57,982 nucleotides of DNA from a virus (taxonomy: Duplodnaviria; Caudoviricetes): the IMG/VR virus record IMGVR_UViG_3300045580_000309, positions 1-57,982 of that record; one strand, given 5' to 3'. The position numbers and the translations under genes were made by a program. Below, in pieces: positions 20,201-30,000 of the stretch. The notes beneath the pieces are model-generated. The model was not told the DNA's origin. It worked only from the letters and a program-made list of their open reading frames with translations, and made no database searches. The stretch's first letter is position 1, and the number at the start of each line of letters is the position of its first letter.

Positions 20201-23200
20201 TGTAGCAGTCGCCGTAGCGGATGCGCTTGCCGTTGGTGTGGCAGTAGATGTAGCAGTCGCAGTTGGTGTAGCAGTTGCACTTGCTGTCGCAGTCGCCGTT
20301 GGTGTGGCGGTCGCCGTAGATGTTACTGAGGGAGTTACAGAGGCTGTCGCAGTCGCCGTTGGTGTGGCAGTTGCACTTGCTGTTGCAGTATTAGTGGGAT
20401 TTGCAGTAATGGTTGCTGTTTGAGTGGGTGTTGCTGTAGAAGTGCTTGTGGCAGTCGGTGTTGCAGTTGCCGTAGCAGAGGCAGTTGCTGTGGCAGAAGC
20501 AGTTGCAGATGCTGTTGCTGTTGGTGTAGTAGTGCTAGTTGCAGTTGCTGTTGCAGACGGTGTTGCTGTTACTGTCGCAGTTGCAGAAGCAGTAGCAGTT
20601 GCTGTGGGTGTAGCGGTTGCGGTGGCACTTGCGGTGGCAGTCGCTGTAGGTGTAGCAGTTTCTGTTGCTGTTGCTGTTGGAGTTGCTGTTGCGGTTGCTG
20701 TAACCGATACGGTTGCTGTTGGAGTTGCCGTAGCAGAAGCAGTTGCAGACGGTGTTGCCGTTACTGTCGCTGTTGCAGAAGCAGTAGCAGATGGTGTAGC
20801 AGTCTCAGTTGCAGTCGCTGTGGGTGTAGCAGTTTGAGTTGAACCCGCAGTTGGAGTGGCTGTTGCTGTTGGTGTTGCTGTTGCCGTAGCAGAAGCAGTT
20901 GCCGTGGCAGAGGCAGTTGCAGACGGTGTAGCAGTTTCAGTTGCAGTTGCAGACGGTGTTGCCGTTGCCGTTGCAGAAGCAGTTGCCGTTGCAGAAGCAG
21001 TTGCAGACGGTGTAGCAGTTTCAGTTGCAGTTGCTGTGGGTGTTGCTGTTGCTGTGGGTGTTGCTGTAGCCGTAGGTGTGGCTGTTGCTGTTGCAGAAGT
21101 GGTCGGTGTCGGCGTAGCGGTTCTTGTTGCAGTTTCTGTAGGCTTTGCAGTTGAAGTGGCAGTTGCCGTTGGAGTTGCTGTTTGAGTTGCTTTAGCAGAA
21201 GTAGTAGCAGTCGCTGTTGGTGTAGGAGTTGCAGTTACAGTTGCAGTTGCAGTTTCCGTAGGTGTTGCTGTGGGTGTTGCAGTCGTGGTTGCCGTTGCAG
21301 AAGCAGTTGCAGACGGTGTAGCAGTTTCAGTTGCAGTCGCCGTGGGTGTAGCGGTTTGAGTAGATACTGCCGTTGGTGTTGCAGTTGGAGTAGCAGTTGC
21401 CGAGGCCGTTGCTGTAGGTGTGGCTGTTGCTGTGGGTGTTGCAGTCGAAGTTGCTGTTGCAGACGGAGTTGCAGTCGCTGTTGCTGTTGCAGAAGCGGTT
21501 GCTGTGGCAGAGGCAGTTGCTGTTGCAGACGGAGTTGCAGTCGCTGTTGCTGTTGCAGAAGCGGTTGCTGTGGGTGTTGCTGTCGCTGTAGATGTAGCAG
21601 TCGCTGTTGGTGTAGCGGTTGATGTTGCTGTTGGAGAAGGAGTGGGTGTTGGTGTTGCTGTTGCAGTTGCTGTAAGCGATACTGTTGCCGTTGGTGTTGC
21701 TGTTGCGCTTGCCGTTGCAGTTTCTGTTGGAGTTGGTGTTACAGTAACACAGACTTCATTGAATCCATCGTACAAGCAAGGTGCCGGTGGAGGTGGACAC
21801 TCGTAGTCTGCACAAGTGCGGTCGAATCTTCCTTCACCGTAAGACTCATCGCCAGTCCATGTATAGCAATAGATAGTTGTTCCTGCGGTCAACGCCGCAC
21901 CTATTGCCAAACCAAGACATTCGCCTGCACTCTTTGCTTCTCCTACACACAGATAGGTTTGATTTTCTTGACCGCAATTTATACACACCAAGCACGGAGC
22001 GGTTGGAGAATTTTGCGATGGAGTGGGTGACGGGGTTGCCGTTGTGGTTGCTGTTGCGGTTGGTGTGGCAGTAGTAGTTGCTGTTGCTGTTGGAGTAGCA
22101 GTCGCAGTTGCCGTAGGTGTTGCTGTTGCGGTTGCTGTGGCAGAGGCAGTTGCCGTTGCAGAAGCAGTTGCCGTAGGTGTTGCTGTTGCGGTTGCTGTGG
22201 CAGAGGCAGTTGCTGTTGGTGTTGCAGTTGAAGTTGCAGTTGCTGTTGGTGTTGCAGTCGAAGTTGCAGTTGCCGTTGGAGTAGCGGTTGCCGAGGCCGT
22301 TGCTGTTGGTGTAGCGGTTCGTGTTGCTGTGGCAGAAGCGGTTGCTGTGGGTGTAGCGGTTGCAGTCGCAGTAGCAGAAGCAGTTGCCGTAGCAGTAGCA
22401 GAAGCAGTTGCAGACGGTGTTGCAGTCGAAGTTGCAGTCGCCGTGGGTGTAGCGGTTTGAGTAGATACTGCCGTTGGTGTTGCAGTTGGTGTTCCTGTTA
22501 CAGTAGCAGTCGCTGTGGGTGTAGCAGTAGCCGTCGCAGATGCTGTTGCTGTTGCAGATGCTGTTGCTGTGACAGAAACTGTCGGAGTTGGGGTTGCAGT
22601 AGATGTGGCAGTCGCTGTGGGTGTAGCGGTTTGAGTAGATACTGCTGTTGGAGTTGCCGTTGGAGTTGCAGTAGCAGACGCAGTTGCAGATGGTGTAGCG
22701 GTAGAAGTACTTGTAGCAGTCGGTGTTGCAGTTGCTGTGGCAGAGGCAGTTGCTGTTGCTGTGGCAGAGGCAGTTGCAGTTGCTGTGGCAGAGGCAGTTG
22801 CTGTTGCTGTTGCAGAGGCAGTTGCTGTTGCTGTTGCAGTCGCTGTTGGTGTTGCTGTAGCCGTAGGTGTTGCAGTTGCTGTTGCTGTGGCAGAATTAGT
22901 TGGAGACGGCGTAGCGGTTCTTGTTGCAGTTTCTGTAGGCTTTGCAGTTGAAGTGGCAGTTGCCGTTGGAGTTGCTGTTTGAGTTGCTTTAGCAGAAGTA
23001 GTAGCAGTCGCTGTTGGTGTAGGAGTTGCCGTAGATGTGGCAGTTGCCGTTGCAGAAGCAGTTGCCGTTGCAGAAGCAGTTGCAGTAGGTGTGGCAGTAT
23101 TCGTGGCAGTCGCCGTTGGTGTAGCAGTTGCTGTGGCAGAAGCAGTTGCAGACGGTGTAGCAGTAGCGGTAGCAGAGGCAGTCGCCGTAGCAGAGGCAGT

Positions 23201-26200
23201 TGCGGTAGCGGAGGTAGTTGGTGACGGTGTAGCGGTTCTTGTTGCAGTCGCTGATGGGGTTGCAGTTCCTGTTGCAGTTGCAGTTGGTGTTGCAGTCGAA
23301 GTTGCAGTCGCTGTGGGTGTAGCAGTTTGAGTAGATACTGCCGTTGGTGTTGCCGTTGGTGTTGCCGTAGAGGAGGCTGTTGCCGTGGGTGTAGCGGTTC
23401 GTGTTGCTGTGGCAGAGGCAGTTGCAGTTGCTGTGGCAGAAGCGGTAGCAGAAGCAGTTGCTGTTGCAGACGGTGTAGCAGTACCTGTAGCAGTTGCTGT
23501 CGGTGTTGCTGTTTTGGTTGCTGTTGCAGACGGTGTAGCAGTACCTGTAGCAGTTGCTGTCGGTGTTGCTGTTTTGGTTGCTGTGGCGGAAGCGGTTGCC
23601 GTCGGTGTTGCAGTTCCTGTTGCAGTTGCCGTTGGTGTAGCAGTCAGCGTAGGTGTGGCTGTAGCGGTAGCAGAAGCAGTTGCCGTTGGAGTTGCTGTTG
23701 CTGTGGCAGTTGCTGTTGCCACCGAACAAACTCTTCCTGCACACAATGAAGGAGTCTCGTCTGTTCCATTGAGCCTCGCCAATTCACACCAATCTGGCTG
23801 AGCATTTGAAGGGCAGCCAGGGCAGAGACAAATATCACAATCCCCTGTTCCGAACAGACCACAGCAATTCGGAGAGCCTGGACACAGTACTCTGAGAATA
23901 TCTCCACCAGTAAATGTTATCGTGATCGGTGGCCCATTGCACGCATCGGTGCTGCACGGATTGTTTGGTGTAATTATTCCACCATTTTGGGCGTCGTAGC
24001 CACAGCAGCCAGAACTTAGTACAATTTGCTGAACACAGCAATTACATCCTGCTCCCAAACACTCGCAGTTGTATGTGACCGACACATTGCAGGTTGCTAT
24101 CAATGATTGTTGGTCACTCGAATCACCTGATGTATTGTCCGTACTTATTCCAGCGTTTAATGCCCTGAACTGAAACTCTGGGCAGTCGGCGTTGCTGCGT
24201 TCCATATGGGTCCAGAAATAGACCCCCAAGTAATCATCGCTATTGTTACCGATTACTTTGCCATCAATGTCAGGGACATCTAAGGTTATTTCGTACTTTT
24301 TCCAGTAGTTCTCCAACTCCACAGGAACCAACGGAGAGTAAACTGGATCACTAGTACCAGAACCAACATTATAGTCTAGACCGTCACACCCCGATATACC
24401 GCTTGTATCGGTGGCTTCAAGTTCAATCCCGTAGTTCTCTGAACACAGACCTACGGTGTATACTGGCCGACAAGTTGCCGATTCTTCTTCTCCCTGATAG
24501 AATCCAACGCATACACTATCCACATAACTTTCGTCCATTGGAAGCGTACCAACACCACATCCTGTACATGGGAATGGGGTAGGAGTCACAGATGGTTGTG
24601 GGGTTGGGCATGGAGTTCTAGACGGACTTGGAGAAGGAACAATCCCACCACTACTTGTTGGAGTCGGAGAATTTGTAGGAGTCGGTGTAAGTGATGCTGT
24701 TACTGTAGCAGTTGCTGTCGGTGTTGCTGTTGCAGTTGTGGTTGCTGTTGCAGTAGCCGTCGCGGTTGGGGTAGCAGTAGCAGAAGCAGTTGCTGTTGGT
24801 GTCGCAGTAGAAGTTGCTGTGAGAGAAACTGTTGCCGTTGGTGTTGCAGTTGCAGTTGCAGAAGCAGTCGCGGTTGGTGTTTCAGCAGCAGTTGGTGTCG
24901 GTGTTGAGGTTGCTGTTGCAGAAGCAGTCGCTGAAGGTGTAGCGGTTTCTGTTGCGGTAAGTGTAGGTGTTGCCGTTGCTGTTGCCGTTGCCGAAGGTGT
25001 AGCGGTTTCGGTGGATGTAGGTGTAGGAGTTGCAGTTGCTGTAGCAGTAGCAGAAGCAGTTGCTGTGGGTGTGGCAGTCGAAGTTGCAGTCGCCGTGGGT
25101 GTGGCAGTTCCTGTTGCAGTCGCTGATGGAGTTGCCGTAGCAGAAGCAGTTGCCGTAGGTGTGGCAGTTGCAGAAGCAGTTGCAGATGGAGTCGCCGTTG
25201 CTGTTTCTGTTGCAGTCGCCGTAGGAACAGGTGTACTTGTTGCCGTAGGTGTAGCAGTAGCAGAAGCAGTCGCAGACGGTGTAGCAGTTGCTGTTGCTGT
25301 GGCGGTTGGACATGGCGCTCCAGAGCAAGTCACAAACTCAGCGATAAGTGTAGGAGTAAGACCACCTCCGTTGCAGGCTAGGCATAGGCAGCATCCTGCG
25401 GGATCGGTCGCTACTCCACCAGTTGAACACAACTGAGTTGGATTACCAAAACAAGTTGCTGCCGTTCCACCACAACCCTTGGCTTGAGCCTCTGCAAATG
25501 GAACTATAACTGTTCCGCGATCACAGGCATTAACATTCTCAGGTTCAAGTCCTGTTCCAATCACATAAATTGGAGCAGTATTGCCTGGATTAGTGCAGTC
25601 TACGCATCCTTCCCATCGCGCCCACAGTATAGTTTTCTCACTACATCTTGCACTAGCACCGCAAAGGCACTCGTATGCAATGACCAAATTACATCCTGGC
25701 GCCGCCGCTGCTCGGAGAGAGACAGTAGCGTTTGCAGCATCGGCATCAATGACTGATCCTGTTATGGGTTCGCGCTTTGAAAAGTTTGTGCCAAAGTCTT
25801 GCTTTAGGCCCACATAGATCAGATTGTTGTCTTCTGAACCATGAGAACCTTTTGCCCAGAACGAAAGCGTCGCTTTCTTGCCAGATAGAGTGTTTACGCC
25901 TGGAATTTTCTGATGCAGATTAAAGTAGGTACTGGTATCGGGTGTAACCCCGTCTGCGTGACCCTCAAACTCCACATAGTGCTTGCTGCCGTTGTTACCT
26001 ACTACCGTAGAACTGCGAGGATTAAACTCTGTTTGTCGTACACCACCGTAAACCGTTGCTCGTGTATCGTATGAGGTTTCCCATACCCAACGATCAGCGG
26101 TGTGTCGTGTGCAGCATCCTAAAAACTCTTTGCCTCTTTGCCAAACTGCAAAGTTTCCGTTGATGATGTGATTCTTTACCTTGCGTTCGTAAGAAGCATC

Positions 26201-27082
26201 ACAGCAAGCACCTTCAATATCCGCAGGTGAAGTGGAAAATGCTCTGATTAGAAATCTAACTTTGGTGTACGGTTCTCTTGGGTCCAGATCAGAAGAAAAT
26301 ACGCTGCCCGCGGCGATATCAGAACCTGCTTGTAGATCGGTGGAAGTGTATGTGCCTATGGAGTCTGTGAATCTCTCGATACCAAACAATGTTTTCTGAT
26401 CCATGTTTGGTACGCGAAACACGGTGGGATCATCCGAAACTTCATTAAACAGATATCCAATCTTCTGAAACAGATCAGGATAGTCACCTGTCAGATACGA
26501 AGAGCCGTCGCAGAGCAACCATCCTGCAATATCATCGTATGGAATAGCGCCCGCTTGTCGAGCGTAAGGCTTAATCGTACCAACAGGAACAATGCTGCTG
26601 ATATCAACATTGCAGTCAGCATCGTATGTGTATCCAAGATAGTTGGTAACAACACCAGTAGTGCTAGTTTTTGCAACCAAGACTGCCTTGATTACTGAAG
26701 ATACACCATTAGGGACAGTTCTAGTAATTCTTCCTGCAACGGCATTCGATAGAAAGTACACTTCACCTGGCACAAGATACGGTGTAGTGATGCCGTTAAT
26801 TTCACCGCCTAGCACAACATCGTAGTACACAACATTGTCAGGAGCATCGCACGGAGGAGTCTGTAGTTCCACTACACCCAATGCTTCTGCTGTTTCTATT
26901 GAAGACGCAATGGCTTTTACCCAAGTTTGGGTTGCGTCATCCCACTTAACAACCGCTCCAGTAAAGAACGGACTTGAACCACTAGGTCCAATGTCCTCTG
27001 CTGGCCCAGTTATACCTCGCAGACGAACGCTGCGTCCACCCAATGAGGTATCGTATAGGATGCCGTTTGCGCTTTTACCCAT
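17288..27082 (-). CDS. Giant modular virion adhesin (3264 aa): shared N-terminal domain, tail collar, split CBM-like scaffold, Cys-rich knobs, Thr/Ala/Pro stalks, C-terminal GH56-like domain
   Basis: Tail-collar motif PVGTI...GWLLCDGSSY...YPDLF..IG...FRVPNM; NGNFAVWQRG...ADRW...TLSFWAKG...VQLE...CQRFYE scaffold; low-complexity blocks; C-terminal DWE/GWYGLP/PSLY/DGVVFW motifs. Confidence 0.8.
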   Translation of the reverse strand: MGKSANGILYDTSLGGRSVRLRGITGPAEDIGPSGSSPFFTGAVVKWDDATQTWVKAIASSIETAEALGVVELQTPPCDAPDNVVYYDVVLGGEINGITTPYLVPGEVYFLSNAVAGRITRTVPNGVSSVIKAVLVAKTSTTGVVTNYLGYTYDADCNVDISSIVPVGTIKPYARQAGAIPYDDIAGWLLCDGSSYLTGDYPDLFQKIGYLFNEVSDDPTVFRVPNMDQKTLFGIERFTDSIGTYTSTDLQAGSDIAAGSVFSSDLDPREPYTKVRFLIRAFSTSPADIEGACCDASYERKVKNHIINGNFAVWQRGKEFLGCCTRHTADRWVWETSYDTRATVYGGVRQTEFNPRSSTVVGNNGSKHYVEFEGHADGVTPDTSTYFNLHQKIPGVNTLSGKKATLSFWAKGSHGSEDNNLIYVGLKQDFGTNFSKREPITGSVIDADAANATVSLRAAAAPGCNLVIAYECLCGASARCSEKTILWARWEGCVDCTNPGNTAPIYVIGTGLEPENVNACDRGTVIVPFAEAQAKGCGGTAATCFGNPTQLCSTGGVATDPAGCCLCLACNGGGLTPTLIAEFVTCSGAPCPTATATATATPSATASATATPTATSTPVPTATATETATATPSATASATATPTATASATATPSATATGTATPTATATSTATPTATASATATATATPTPTSTETATPSATATATATPTLTATETATPSATASATATSTPTPTAAETPTATASATATATPTATVSLTATSTATPTATASATATPTATATATATTTATATPTATATVTASLTPTPTNSPTPTSSGGIVPSPSPSRTPCPTPQPSVTPTPFPCTGCGVGTLPMDESYVDSVCVGFYQGEEESATCRPVYTVGLCSENYGIELEATDTSGISGCDGLDYNVGSGTSDPVYSPLVPVELENYWKKYEITLDVPDIDGKVIGNNSDDYLGVYFWTHMERSNADCPEFQFRALNAGISTDNTSGDSSDQQSLIATCNVSVTYNCECLGAGCNCCVQQIVLSSGCCGYDAQNGGIITPNNPCSTDACNGPPITITFTGGDILRVLCPGSPNCCGLFGTGDCDICLCPGCPSNAQPDWCELARLNGTDETPSLCAGRVCSVATATATATATPTATASATATATPTLTATPTATATGTATPTATASATATKTATPTATATGTATPSATATKTATPTATATGTATPSATATASATASATATATASATATRTATPTATASSTATPTATPTAVSTQTATPTATATSTATPTATATGTATPSATATRTATPSPTTSATATASATATASATATATPSATASATATATPTATATNTATPTATASATATASATATATSTATPTPTATATTSAKATQTATPTATATSTAKPTETATRTATPSPTNSATATATATPTATATPTATATATATASATATATASATATATASATATATASATATATPTATSTSTATPSATASATATPTATPTAVSTQTATPTATATSTATPTPTVSVTATASATATASATATATPTATATVTGTPTATPTAVSTQTATPTATATSTATPSATASATATATASATATATATPTATASATATRTATPTATASATATPTATATSTATPTATATSTATPTATASATATATATPTATASATATASATATATATPTATATATPTATATTTATPTATATTTATPSPTPSQNSPTAPCLVCINCGQENQTYLCVGEAKSAGECLGLAIGAALTAGTTIYCYTWTGDESYGEGRFDRTCADYECPPPPAPCLYDGFNEVCVTVTPTPTETATASATATPTATVSLTATATATPTPTPSPTATSTATPTATATSTATATPTATASATATATATPSATATASATATASATATATATPSATATSTATPTATATPTATASATATPTATPTAVSTQTATPTATATETATPSATASATATTTATPTATPTETATATVTATPTPTATATTSAKATQTATPTATATSTAKPTETATRTATPTPTTSATATATPTATATPTATATPTATATETATPSATASATATASATATATPSATATETATPSATASATATASATATATPTATATPTAGSTQTATPTATATETATPSATASATATVTATPSATASATATPTATVSVTATATATPTATATETATPTATATASATATATPTATATASATATVTATPSATATATSTTTPTATASATASATATASATATATPTATSTSTATPTQTATITANPTNTATASATATPTATATASVTPSVTSTATATPTATATASATATPTATATSTATPTASASATATATPTATATATPTATATPTATSSPVTTATATGTATPSATPSVTVTPSVTKTTTPTPSITPSITPTMTVTASPRVVPPNLAPCLGAWEAFSYTGVVSLTSVQLEESAEASPFVYEDYNKTLEKCQRFYETGTATIAVVTDGTDMAPAAFKTVQMKRTKRNKSDIFVTVDETSGGIDLATAEVGYSDTRKFTVQVNTTGGIIGLHKLKLRWVADSELPLYNNLQLDEQGEVGRTTVVCDSETACTLAESCKANADAPSCVPGYFPQRSFVENGAFPTSFKVFFSEIPSSEVDSEFATELGDTWGGLCHYFYENSVETWPNVSDDKSRYYMLVTGPRFDTNGSAVDNDPNCPLASDGTGRVWAPGAAYSGANANKSFRGRWGWGMPDGSSNLQDARTVSDFSLTNLDFETKTFEALAPNYFNYGWANFYDWEYRGCSGPPQIAGPCPGALRQDPMLSESVNYIYARLTGPTGQTIEVTYNSVVENSQQLVRFCQTAPVSDYGFSGTPVGWYGLPYIDNWSRPLIRDANNNPISLGYENLTDAQRDQLITYYYNRWLPLFGTATGQADYTQPSLYNLYSSTVLGTGVPGNVNNGNPSAPYYSPFMSRGGRGGTPWNGASTIQTAWERNNYDKVKLSKLYPVPSYPAVGPMFYGAGHIISWGSEYTGWHYTTMCNPSCRGTTTESTSPSGVTGTTPGSCYEGDWRCWDVYMGIEDFCRTQLDPVLQNNGDGVVFWWSPTYSTKLATAQVSETISPAWPGPSGGGNAWWNSTTDINPDLTQWNIDHFPVEITGTNTDANGVLIRLKRNDTDVPVGSRIARWWNVIDNHPTEVKAEIDRLGMSNASITGWLNSFTTNPNTGQKWLVASRQQIYNARNGHRMFIKAYLLDGADPAAGGVSSPTGRLAGVGWYSPSLHRFLKVAWSKFALHYAKAAKQYAETRTYAAEWNEVTAFGGQVAFDAILEQIRLDPLNWIPDVGSM
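20000..21745 (-). repeat. Thr-X low-complexity coding repeat, arm 2 (~580 aa)
   Basis: (T-A/P/S/E)n such as TATPTATASATA; boundaries approximate. Confidence 0.95.
22015..23720 (-). repeat. Thr-X low-complexity coding repeat, arm 1 (~570 aa)
   Basis: Same composition; includes an exact 60-bp tandem duplication (23461-23520 = 23521-23580) and a 123-bp segment (22907-23029) identical to 21110-21232. Confidence 0.95.
24600..25310 (-). repeat. Thr-X low-complexity coding repeat, short block (~240 aa)
   Basis: TATPSATASATATPT-type repeats flanked by Cys-rich segments; boundaries approximate. Confidence 0.95.
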
Positions 27083-27094
27083 GTATGGTTGCTC

Positions 27095-30000
27095 TTATAC
27101 CGCGTCCCATTCCAATTGACGGTTCAGATACTGTAGTTCTTCTGGCCTGTAAATATCGCAATCACAGTCATAGGTAAATGCCAAGTATGCTGAGTTTTCG
27201 TCCACGGTGTCTATGTTCACAGTAAATCCCTTTGCTGTAATGGATGTTGTGTCGATATCTATGCCACTAAATCCTGTATTTCCAGTTCGGAATGATGAGA
27301 TAATTGCCCGTGGTTGCTTGCAGATCTTTTCGCGCTTGAAAGCAGTTTCGTAGACAAATGACCCGCCGCGATCTCCCAAAAACTCTCCGCGACCCACACA
27401 TGAGTTTGTCTCGTAGTACGCTTGGCATTGCTCTACCAGTTCTATACGATCTGGCTTAACGAAACCAGTAAACTCGCTACCTGTCTGTAACTGAAACTGA
27501 GCAAGGTGCAGCATATCGGTATTGCTGAACGAGAACGGGAACACAGACACGCACGGTTCGCACATGGAGTTTTCTGTACACTCTACTGTTCCAAAGTCTT
27601 CTCCAAGACGATCACGGGGAGGAATTTCTGCTTGACTGTACGCACGGCAGTATCCGTTGCTGAGATGTGTCCACAACTGCAATGCCAGATAGTCTGTTCC
27701 GCTGTTTCCAATGTATCTGTTGTTAACGCTAGGTACTCTGAACACAACTTCATACTGTTGCCATTCGGGAGTTAGTTGTATAGCAACAAACTCAGAGCAT
27801 TGGTCTTCAGTAACTCCACATTGGGTAGTTTCAAACTGACTAAAATACTCTATGGCACCGTATGAAATGAACTGACCACCCGCTGCCGCACAGTCGTGAA
27901 CTGTTGAATTCTCTGTACGGGTATGCGAGACATAGAAAGCACCACTTTCTCCTACAGTTGTTGAACCGATGGTTACTGTACAGCAAATACCCAAAGTGTT
28001 TGTTGGGTCGTAGTTTTGAGGAACGCTCATACCGTTGCAGGCTTCTGTTACTGTTCCAACTCTAAACGAAACTTCCTCGCATCTACAGGCTGGACTAGCA
28101 GACAAGTCAGAGAGAATGTGGTTGTATATTGCAGCAATAACATCTGAATTAAGAGTAGAAACTGCTCCAGTAGAGTACTCCTCGAACATAGAGAAGTGGG
28201 ACGCAGAAAGAGGAACTGCTACTCTAGTTGTGCTTGATGTGCTTCCAGGCGCAACGGCATAGTGTCCAGTACTGGTCTGGGTTGCTTCGCATGGATCAAT
28301 TGGTTCAGAACTATAGATTTCAGAATCAGCGACTGCTATGGACTTGATTATGCCAGTACAGTTTGTGCAATACGGTGACGGTACGCAGTCTACGGTCACG
28401 ATTACTGAAACGCTCTGATTTGTTTCTGAGTTTACAGTATCTGTTCCTGCCACAACAATATCAGCAGCAACTGCTCGGAATGCCTCTGCTTTAGTGTTTG
28501 CGGTGGTTTGCGTGTTTTTCAAAAACACATCAGGAGACAGAACTTCTAGACCGCTTTCGTCTGCAAGAGTTGCAGCAACTGGATATTTGCCTGGAGGAGC
28601 AGACACAACAGGAAGACCAATTGCAGGAGTGTCATCAATGTAAGTGATACTTTTGCCTAGTACCTCTGCAACCTGTTTGGTATCTGGCGCATTTATGAAA
28701 TCGCTGACTGCACCAACAGAACCCTTTGCAGATGAGTCTGCGCTGAATGTTTCGCTTGACGCTGTTCCGCTGACTCCTTCGTATCCGTGGTTCCACCCAA
28801 CATACGGTCTTGGTACATCAGGAACACCTACGAAAAGACTGCCAGATATAGCAGGATACGACAACTCATCACTAATCTTTGAGTTTATAGCAGCAATGCC
28901 TATGGGTGCTTGATTCTCTTCACCAACATACCAGGCAACTTCTGACGAACCCACCGCTGCTGATCGTAAAAGATTCGGAGTAGACTCAGGAACATCGTAT
29001 CCAAAATGCTGCTTCAGATTCAGATAAACCGTACTGGTTCTTCCCAATCCTGAGCGTGCCCAAAATGATAGACATACCGTTTCGCCAGACAATGACTTAA
29101 CATCACCTATGCGATTTTCAAGAACGCAATACTCTAGTGAGGTGTCTGCTCCAGGACCGCTGATATACGATTGGTATTCCATGTAATGCGATGGAAACTG
29201 CTTCAGCAATGAATCTGGCAGAGATGCATCAATCTGAGCAAACGATTTGCGCTTGCATACGCCAACATACGCAGAAGGAGAATCTTCTCCTGTACCAGTT
29301 GCTCCGAATGGGTCTGGACAGTATCCAACTTTTCTAAACCATCTGTCTGCTGTATAGCGATTCAAGTCTGCAAGTTGATCTGATCCAGTTAGTTGTTGTG
29401 GAGCAAAATCAGTTCCTCTTTGCCATACATCGAATGATCCATTAACTGCCCAGTTTCGGATTGCTCCACCTGCACCATTGCAGGTTTCTATGTTCACATA
29501 TCGTTCTACTGCTTTGTATCGGATGTAGAAGTTTGCATGGTATGCTGCTTGTCTGTTCTTGTCCGCAGATACGCTTGCAAATCCAGTTCCTGCTCCAACA
29601 TCTGCACCTTCTCCAGGCAGCAACTCAACATCTGCATCGCCTCCTGTAGGAGAGATTGGATATCCAAATCCTGCGGAAGACCCCAACAGAATATTTCTCT
29701 GTGTGGAGAAATCGGGAACTTTGAATGTGCTTGTGCCTCCAGTTCCTATACCGTAAGAGTATCCAATCACTCTAAACAGATCAGGATATTCAGAAGCAGA
29801 ATACGAGGAACCGTCACACAGCAGCCAGCCTTCCAAGTCAGTTGGTTGAGGCAATCCACCTGGCACTATTTCTATAGTGCCTACAGGAATGATGTTTTGT
29901 ACAAATGCAACGCATCCTTCCGTATCCTCGACATATCCTCTGTAATTCACTACTAGAGCGTCGATCTCGCCCGAAGCATTAGTACCGAGAGTTACCAGTA

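Noticed and set aside
20000-25310. CRISPR array or non-coding satellite
   Set aside because: Repeats are degenerate at codon third positions, in frame within one ORF, and lack a constant repeat / unique spacer structure.
19768-25436. Many plus-strand ORFs (VAVAVGVAV..., Cys/Ser/Arg-rich) and alternate-frame minus ORFs (CNSNCY...)
   Set aside because: Shadow frames of the Thr/Ala/Pro codon repeats, which lack stops in other frames; no RBS or independent evidence.
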